From Lingula anatina (lineage: Eukaryota > Animalia > Brachiopoda), in contig CM120647.1 in NCBI GenBank assembly GCA_051362555.1, positions 19,940,651-20,004,650 on the forward strand: 64,000 nucleotides of DNA, read 5' to 3'. Below the pieces are notes generated by a model, which was not told the origin of the DNA, ran no database searches, and saw only the letters and a list, made by a program, of their open reading frames with translations. This document shows positions 58,601-64,000 of the stretch, in pieces. The position numbers and the translations under genes are program-made. Every line of letters begins with the position of its first letter. The stretch's first letter is position 1.

Positions 58601-61600
58601 GAGCTAACTCGTTTAGTGTGATTGCTGTCTGTTCATCATATTCTCCCAGTATCAACTCACTCATAGCCAAAGCTGTCCTGAAAACATCCACAGCACCTTC
58701 TGCATTGCCTAGCTCAATCATTACCTGCCCCATGCAGTTGAGTGTACAGGCCGTGCTGCGACTTTCACCCAATACTTGTTCCTTTATATGTACAGCTCTT
58801 TTGTATGTACTGAGGGCCTCTGCGTAGTTTGCCTGTGAAGCTAGTGCATGGGCTAGTTCATGTATTGTGACTGCTGTGCTTTCGTGATATTCTCCCAGTA
58901 TCTTCTGCTTCATAACCAAAGCTTGCTTGAGGACATCCTCAGCACCTTTTGCATTGCCCAGCTCTATCATTTCCTGACCAATGCAGTGCAGAGTACTTGC
59001 TGTGCTGCGGCTTTCACCCATCACTTGCTCCTTTATACGAAGAGCTCTCTGGTATGTACTGAGGGCCTCTTCATGGTTTCCCTGTGCAGATATGGCACGA
59101 GCCAATTCATGTATTGCGCCTGCTGTATCTTCATGGTATTCTCCCAGTATCTTCTCCTTCATAGCCAAAGCTCTCTTAAAGGCATCCACAGCACCGTTTG
59201 TATTGCCCGTCTCTATCATTTCATGACCTATGTTGTGCAGCATAACGGCTGTATTACGACTTTCACCCAGCACTTGTTCCTCTATACGTAGAGCTCTTTG
59301 GTATGTGTCGAGGGCCTCTTCATGGTTTCCCTGTGCAGATAAGGCACGAGCTAATTCATGTAGTGTGGTCGCTGTCTGTTGATCATATTCTCCCAGTATC
59401 AACTCACTCATAGCCAAAGCTGACCTGAAAACATCCACAGCACCTTCTGCATCGCCTAGCACTATCATTACCTGCCCCATGCAGTTGAGTGTACAGGCCG
59501 TGCTGCGACTTTCACCCAACACTTGTTCCTTTATGTGTACAGCTCTTTGGTATGAACTGAGGGCCTCTGCGTAGTTTGCCTGTGCAGCTAGTGCATGGGC
59601 TAGTTCATGTATTGTGACTGCTGTGCTTTCGTGATATTCTCCCAGTATCTTCTGCTTCATAACCAAAGCTTGCTTGAGGACATCCTCAGCACCTTTTGCA
59701 TTGCCCAGCTCTATCATTTCCTGACCAATGCAGTGCAGAGTACTTGCTGTGCTGCGGCTTTCACCCATCACTTGCTCCTTTATATGTAGAGCTCTTTGGT
59801 ATGTACTAAGAGCCTCTGCGTGGTTTCCCTGTGCAGATATGGCACGAGCTAATCCGTGAATTGTTACTGCTGTCTGTTCGTGGGATTCTCCAATTATCTT
59901 TTTCTTCATAGAAAGAGCTCTAGAGAAGAAATCCATAGCATCATCTGCATTGCCCATCTCTAGCATTTCCTGGCCAATACAGTGCATTGTTACGGCTGTA
60001 CTGCAACTTTCATCCAGCACCTGCTTCTTAATACAAAGAGCTCTCTGGTATGTAATAAGAGCCTCTGCGTGGTTTCCTTGTGCAGATATGGCACGAGCCA
60101 ATTCATGTATTGTGACTGCTGTATCTTCATGGTATTCTCCCAGTATCTTCTCCTTCATAGCCAAAGCTCTCTTAAAGGCATCCACAGCTTCGTCTACATT
60201 GCCCATCTCCATCATTTCATGACCTATATTATTTAGAGTAGTAGCTGTTTCTTGACTCTCACCCAACACTTGTTCCTTTATACAAAGAGCTCTTTGATAT
60301 GTCCTGAGGGCCTCTTCATGGTTTCCCTGTGCAGACATGGCACGAGCTAGTTCATGTATCGTAGTTACTGTGCTTTCATGGTATTCTGTCAGCAAATTCT
60401 CCTGCATAGCCAAAGTTCTCTTAATGACATCCACAGCATCGTCTGCATTGTCTAGCTCTATCATTTCCTGACCCATGCAGAGCAGTGTACTTGCTGTACT
60501 GCAACATTTACCCAGCACTTGCTCCTTTAAATGTAGAGCTCTCTGGAATGTACCGAGAGCCTCTGCGTGGTTTCCTTGTGCACATTTGGCACGAGCTAAT
60601 TCATGTATTGTGGCTACTGTGCTTTTATGGAATTCTCCCAGTATCTTCTCCTTCATAGCCATAGCTCTCCTGAAGACATCTACAGCACCGTCTGCATTGT
60701 CCATCTCTATCATTTCCTGTCCAATGCAGTTCAGGGTAATGGCTGTACTAAGACTTTCACCCAGACCTTTCTCCTTTATATGTAGGGCTCTCTGGTATGT
60801 GCTTAGGGCCTCTTCATGGTTTCCCTGTGCAGATATGGCACGAGCTAATTCATGTATTGTGACTGCTGTGCTTCCATGGTATTCCCCCAGTATCTTCTCC
60901 TTCATAGCCACAGCTCTCATGAGGACATCTACAGCACCGTCTGCATTGCCCATCTCTATCATTTCCTGTCCAATGCAGTTCAGTGTAATGGCTGTGCTAA
61001 GGCTATCACCCAACACTTTGTCTTCTATATGTAGGGCTCTCTGGTATGTGCTTAGGGCCTCTTCATGGTTTCCCTGTGCAGATATGGCACGCGCTAATTC
61101 ATGTATTGTGGCTGCTGTGCTTCCATGGTATTCCCCCAGTATCTTCTCCTTCATAGCCACAGCTCTCATTAGGACATCCACAGCACCGTCTGTATTGCCC
61201 ATTTCTATCATTTCAGTACCTATGTTGTGCAGTGCACTGGCTGTGTTGCGACTTTCACCCAACACTTGTTCTTCTACACGTAAAACTCTTTGGTACGTTT
61301 TAAGGGCCTCTTCATGGTTTCCCTGTGCAGATTTGGCACGAGCTAATTCATGTATTGTGACTGCTGTCTGTTCATGGTATTCTCCCAGTATCTTCACCTT
61401 CATAGCCAGAGCTCTCATTAGGACATCCACAGCACTGTCTGTATTGCCCAGCTCTATCATTTCGTGTCCAATGCAGTTCAGGGTAATGGCTGTACTGAGT
61501 CTATCACCTAACACTTGTTCTTCTATACATAGAGCTCTTTGGTAAGTTTTTAGGGCCTCTTCATGGTTTCCCTGTGCAGATATGGCACGAGCTAATTCAT

Positions 61601-62663
61601 GTATTGTGACTGCTGTCTGTTCATGGTATTCTCCCAGTATCTTTTCATTCATAGCCAGACTTCTCCTGAGGACGTCCACAGCACCGTCTGCATTGTCCAT
61701 CTCTATCATTTCCTGTCCAATGCAGTTCAGTGTAATGGCTGTGCTAAGGCTATCACCCAACACTTTGTCTTCTATATGTAGAGCTCTTTGGTAAGTTTTT
61801 AGGGCCTCTTCATGGTTTCCCTGGGCAGATATGGCACGAGCTAATTTATGTATTGTTGCTGCTGTGCTTTCGTTGTATTCTCCCAGTAACTTTTCCTCCA
61901 TAGCAAGAGCTCTCCTGAGGGCATCTTCAGCACTTTCTGCATTACCCAACTCTATCATTTCAATTCCCATGTTGTATAGTGTACTGGCTGTATTTCGACT
62001 TTCACCGAATACTTTTTCCATAATACTACGGGCTCTCTGGTATGTACTGAGGGCCTCTGCGTGGTTTCCCTGTGCAGATATGGCTCGAGCTAATTCATGT
62101 ATTGTGACTGCTGTATGTTCGTCACATTCTCCCCGTAACTTCTCCTTCATTGCCAGAGCTCTCCTGAGGACATCCACAGCAGCGTCTGCACAACCAAGTT
62201 CTAGCATTTCAAGACCTATGAAGAGTAGTGTGGTTGCTGTACTTTTATTTTCACCCAGGACTTGCTCTTTTACATGAAGTGCCCTTTTAAGTGTACTGAG
62301 GGCTTCTGCGTGGTTTCCTTGTTCAGACATGGCACGTGCGAGCAGATGCATTGTTTCTGCTGTCTCTATGTGGCATTCCCCAAGGAACTTCAATCTGATA
62401 TCCAGCGTGTTTTTCAGGATATTGATAGCACCCCCTGCGTCACCTAAAACTACCAAACAAGACGCCATGCCTTCTAGTAGGTCGATCATGTGAGCATTAT
62501 ATGTCTTCGCCAATGACAAATATGTAGCTTCCTTCAGAACATGAGAATCTGCAGCTATGGCACTACTCACAGTTCCAAACTGTTTATCACAAAGAGCTTC
62601 GAGACAGGTGAGTGCATGGGCGTATTCACGTATTCGAAGGAGTGTTTTTGCGAGTAGTTCCAT
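55641..62663 (-). CDS. Giant TPR array (~54 repeats of the 41/42-aa kinesin-light-chain/nephrocystin-3-like type) with C-terminal CaaX; sensor part of the NB-ARC-TPR receptor
   Basis: 2340-aa uninterrupted ORF; alternating TAxTIHELARAISAQGNHxEAL and TAxTLxxIGxEMxExGNxxGAVD repeats; ends DCKPRACCICL*. Confidence 0.9.
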   Translation of the reverse strand: MELLAKTLLRIREYAHALTCLEALCDKQFGTVSSAIAADSHVLKEATYLSLAKTYNAHMIDLLEGMASCLVVLGDAGGAINILKNTLDIRLKFLGECHIETAETMHLLARAMSEQGNHAEALSTLKRALHVKEQVLGENKSTATTLLFIGLEMLELGCADAAVDVLRRALAMKEKLRGECDEHTAVTIHELARAISAQGNHAEALSTYQRARSIMEKVFGESRNTASTLYNMGIEMIELGNAESAEDALRRALAMEEKLLGEYNESTAATIHKLARAISAQGNHEEALKTYQRALHIEDKVLGDSLSTAITLNCIGQEMIEMDNADGAVDVLRRSLAMNEKILGEYHEQTAVTIHELARAISAQGNHEEALKTYQRALCIEEQVLGDRLSTAITLNCIGHEMIELGNTDSAVDVLMRALAMKVKILGEYHEQTAVTIHELARAKSAQGNHEEALKTYQRVLRVEEQVLGESRNTASALHNIGTEMIEMGNTDGAVDVLMRAVAMKEKILGEYHGSTAATIHELARAISAQGNHEEALSTYQRALHIEDKVLGDSLSTAITLNCIGQEMIEMGNADGAVDVLMRAVAMKEKILGEYHGSTAVTIHELARAISAQGNHEEALSTYQRALHIKEKGLGESLSTAITLNCIGQEMIEMDNADGAVDVFRRAMAMKEKILGEFHKSTVATIHELARAKCAQGNHAEALGTFQRALHLKEQVLGKCCSTASTLLCMGQEMIELDNADDAVDVIKRTLAMQENLLTEYHESTVTTIHELARAMSAQGNHEEALRTYQRALCIKEQVLGESQETATTLNNIGHEMMEMGNVDEAVDAFKRALAMKEKILGEYHEDTAVTIHELARAISAQGNHAEALITYQRALCIKKQVLDESCSTAVTMHCIGQEMLEMGNADDAMDFFSRALSMKKKIIGESHEQTAVTIHGLARAISAQGNHAEALSTYQRALHIKEQVMGESRSTASTLHCIGQEMIELGNAKGAEDVLKQALVMKQKILGEYHESTAVTIHELAHALAAQANYAEALSSYQRAVHIKEQVLGESRSTACTLNCMGQVMIVLGDAEGAVDVFRSALAMSELILGEYDQQTATTLHELARALSAQGNHEEALDTYQRALRIEEQVLGESRNTAVMLHNIGHEMIETGNTNGAVDAFKRALAMKEKILGEYHEDTAGAIHELARAISAQGNHEEALSTYQRALRIKEQVMGESRSTASTLHCIGQEMIELGNAKGAEDVLKQALVMKQKILGEYHESTAVTIHELAHALASQANYAEALSTYKRAVHIKEQVLGESRSTACTLNCMGQVMIELGNAEGAVDVFRTALAMSELILGEYDEQTAITLNELARALSAQGNHEEALDTYQRALRIEEQVLGESRNTAATLHNIGHEMIETGNTNGAVDAFKRALAMKEKILGEYHGDTAGAIHELARAISAQGNHEEARSTYQRALRIKEQVMGESRSTASTLHCIGQEMIKLGNAKGAEDVLKQALVMKQKILGEYHESTAVTIHELAHALAAQANYAEALSTYKRAVHIKEQVLGESRSMACTLNCMGQVMIELGNAEGAVDVFRTALAMSELILGEYDEQTATTLNELARALSAQGNHEEALDTYQRALRIEEQVLGESRNTAATLHNIGHEMIETGNTNGAVDAFKRALTMKEKILGEYHEDTAGAIHELARAISAQGNHEEARSTYQRALRIKEQVMGESRSTASTLHCIGQEMIKLGNAKGAEDVLKQALVMKQKILGEYHESTAVTIHELAHALAAQANYAEALSTYKRAVHIKEQVLGESRSMACTLNCMGQVMIELGNAEGAVDVFRTALAMSELILGEYDEQTATTLNELARALSTQGNHEEALRTYQRALRIEEQVLGESLNTAVTLHNIGHEMIETGNTDGAVDAFKRALAMKEKILGEYHEDTAGTIHELACAISAQGNHAEALITYQRALCIKEQVLGESQETATTLNNIGHEMMEMGNVDGAVDAFKRALAMKEKILGEYHEDTAGTIHELARAISAQGNHEEALRTYQRALCIKEQVLVESQETATTLNNIGHGMMEMGNVDEAVDAFKRALAMKEKILGEYHEDTAGTIHELARAISAQGNHAEALITYQRALCIKEQVLGESQETATTLNNIGHEMMEMGNVDGAVDAFKRALAMKEKILGEYHEDTAGTIHELARGISAQANHEEALRTHQRALCIKEQVLGESNSTANTLHNIGTEMIKIGNTAGAMDVLRRALAMKEKILGECHEQTAVTEHELTRAQENYAEELRALRIDVPLLGESGYTPIVLPNVRHKMSQMGNSALARRKSQQDTRSSSINDTDCKPRACCICL
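56800..59790 (-). repeat. Four near-identical 747-bp higher-order repeats (6 TPRs each) inside the TPR ORF; boundaries approximate
   Basis: Antisense shadow ORFs recur at 57366, 58113, 58860 and 59607 (step 747). The protein repeats the HCIGQE/NCMGQV/HNIGHE triplet four times. Confidence 0.9.
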
Positions 62664-63960
62664 GGTGGGGCAAAATTCTTCTTTAAGTCATTCGACAATG
62701 CACTGAAATAGTGTATGCAATTTACATAATTATCCCTCTTTTTTTCAAAATGTGTGAATGTGTTGCTTTCCTTGACAAGTCTTGTGATGCTGGGCTCCAT
62801 ATATCTTATGAAATGTGTCATGAATCTATTTCTGTCTTCTTGTGAAGTTTTGTACTCGGCAAAGTCCCGAATTACACTGTGCATCACAAAACACTCCCTT
62901 GCTTTATCAGCTGTCAACAAAGACTTGTCGCACAGCACACCAATAAAGTGTAGGTGTTTTAATTTCGTAACTGTTTTCAGTTCTTTGCTGACCAGCTGAA
63001 ACGCTTCGTCAGCGGTGAAGTACAATGGAAAAAGTGACAACAATAGATACAGTGTCCTCTCAGTTTGGCACAGACGGTTATATGTAAGGCTAATGCAAGC
63101 GTAGGGATCAAAAGGTTCAGCACTCAAAGTGAATAAGGACCTATCATTGGTAACACGTTCGTTAAGGAGATCGACAGCGTTGCAACCCTGACGCAGTAGG
63201 AAGCCAAAAAGGTGAAGCAATAGTGCCATAAACCCACATTTCATTGCTAGCTTGTCGCCTTCAACGCTATTCAAAGATGGCGAATACCAGCGTAACAAGG
63301 ACAATGATGCATCTTTTGATAAAGATTGAAGCTGATGTAATTCAACCTTTAAATTGGGTAAATGTATTGTGTCACGTGATGTACACAAAACATACGCGTT
63401 TCTGCAGTTCATGTTGATGTATCCCAAAAACGATTTCAATTGTTCATGGTTTTCACTACTTAGGATAGTCTCACAAGTGTCAAGAATAACCAAAATCTTC
63501 TTGCCGTATCCTGATATTTCCTGAAAGACTTTTCTGTTTAACTCGCTCAATCGTTTATTTTCGGTTTCAACGGCAGGTGCTATTTGCAACAATCCCCCAT
63601 CCTTGTGCTGCAGCCCTTTGTCATAATTTATGATCAAATCTGTGCTTGTAAAATCTGTACTTGACTTTAAAGCAATTAGAAGGCATTTTGCAATATCTTC
63701 CTGGTCAGACACGTACCTCATGTCAGCCATCACAGAACGGATGCCCCATCTCGAGACAAATTCATGACCAATTTCGGTTGCCAAAGCGGTCTTTCCTTGT
63801 CCCCCAAACGCCTGAATAATGACCAGCCGACATCCATTCATGAGAAACGCTTGGCAGATTTTTTCTACGTCTTCCTCACGACCTTCAAAGCACTCCGGCC
63901 GCTCTGGAATAGAGGAATCCTCGAGGATGGATGCTGAAAGGACGTTGGACAATTGATGTG
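62567..63960 (-). CDS. STAND NTPase (NB-ARC type) region of an NLR-like NB-ARC-TPR receptor; 5' exon(s) outside the window
   Basis: FEGREED motif, Walker A AFGGQGKT, Walker B ILVILDTCE, sensor-1-like VLCTSR, GLPL-like CGFMALLL, SLTYNRL, MHD-like VMHSVIRDFA. Acceptor (ta)n-tag| at 63961/63960, phase 1, so the track's TTG start is probably not the real start. Confidence 0.85.
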
Positions 63961-64000
63961 CTATATATATATATATATATATACAATAAAAGAAAAAGAA

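Noticed and set aside
60475-61545. 356-aa + strand ORF and many smaller + strand ORFs across 55700-63000
   Set aside because: Antisense shadows of the repetitive TPR and NTPase coding strand; they repeat with the same period and show no independent domain.
55880-62400. CRISPR-like or satellite interpretation of the regular repeats
   Set aside because: The repeats are in-frame coding units with no unique spacers, in a eukaryotic context.
62551-62572. GTGAGT...CTGCAG (minus strand) as an intron repairing the NTPase/TPR frame break
   Set aside because: Only 22 nt long, and removing it joins to the wrong frame.

Overview
AT-rich, intron-containing animal genomic DNA; the taxon cannot be fixed from sequence alone. 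(1) A + strand DYRK4-type (class II DYRK) kinase gene: 11 core exons at 46083-51242 splice in frame with GT-AG junctions, and there are candidate alternative first exons at 7681-7770 and 17129-17173/35964-36008, with RFX X-box motifs nearby. (2) A virtually identical 15.56-kb intragenic tandem duplication (12218-27778 and 31055-46613) with a 3.28-kb transposon-like insert at the junction; it duplicates a promoter/first exon and a frame-symmetric coding exon. (3) Several DNA-transposon derivatives: an Academ-like long-TIR element carrying a decayed Tc1, hAT-like MITEs with 5-bp TSDs, and a Harbinger-like palindromic MITE. (4) On the - strand, convergent with the kinase, an ~8.3-kb exon encoding an NLR-like STAND receptor. 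It has an NB-ARC-type NTPase and ~54 highly similar TPRs built from 249-bp dimers and 747-bp higher-order repeats, and it ends in a CaaX motif (CCICL). The NTPase and TPR parts lie in overlapping frames (-1 shift). The most novel-looking system is this apparently prenylated, rapidly reshuffling NB-ARC-TPR receptor.
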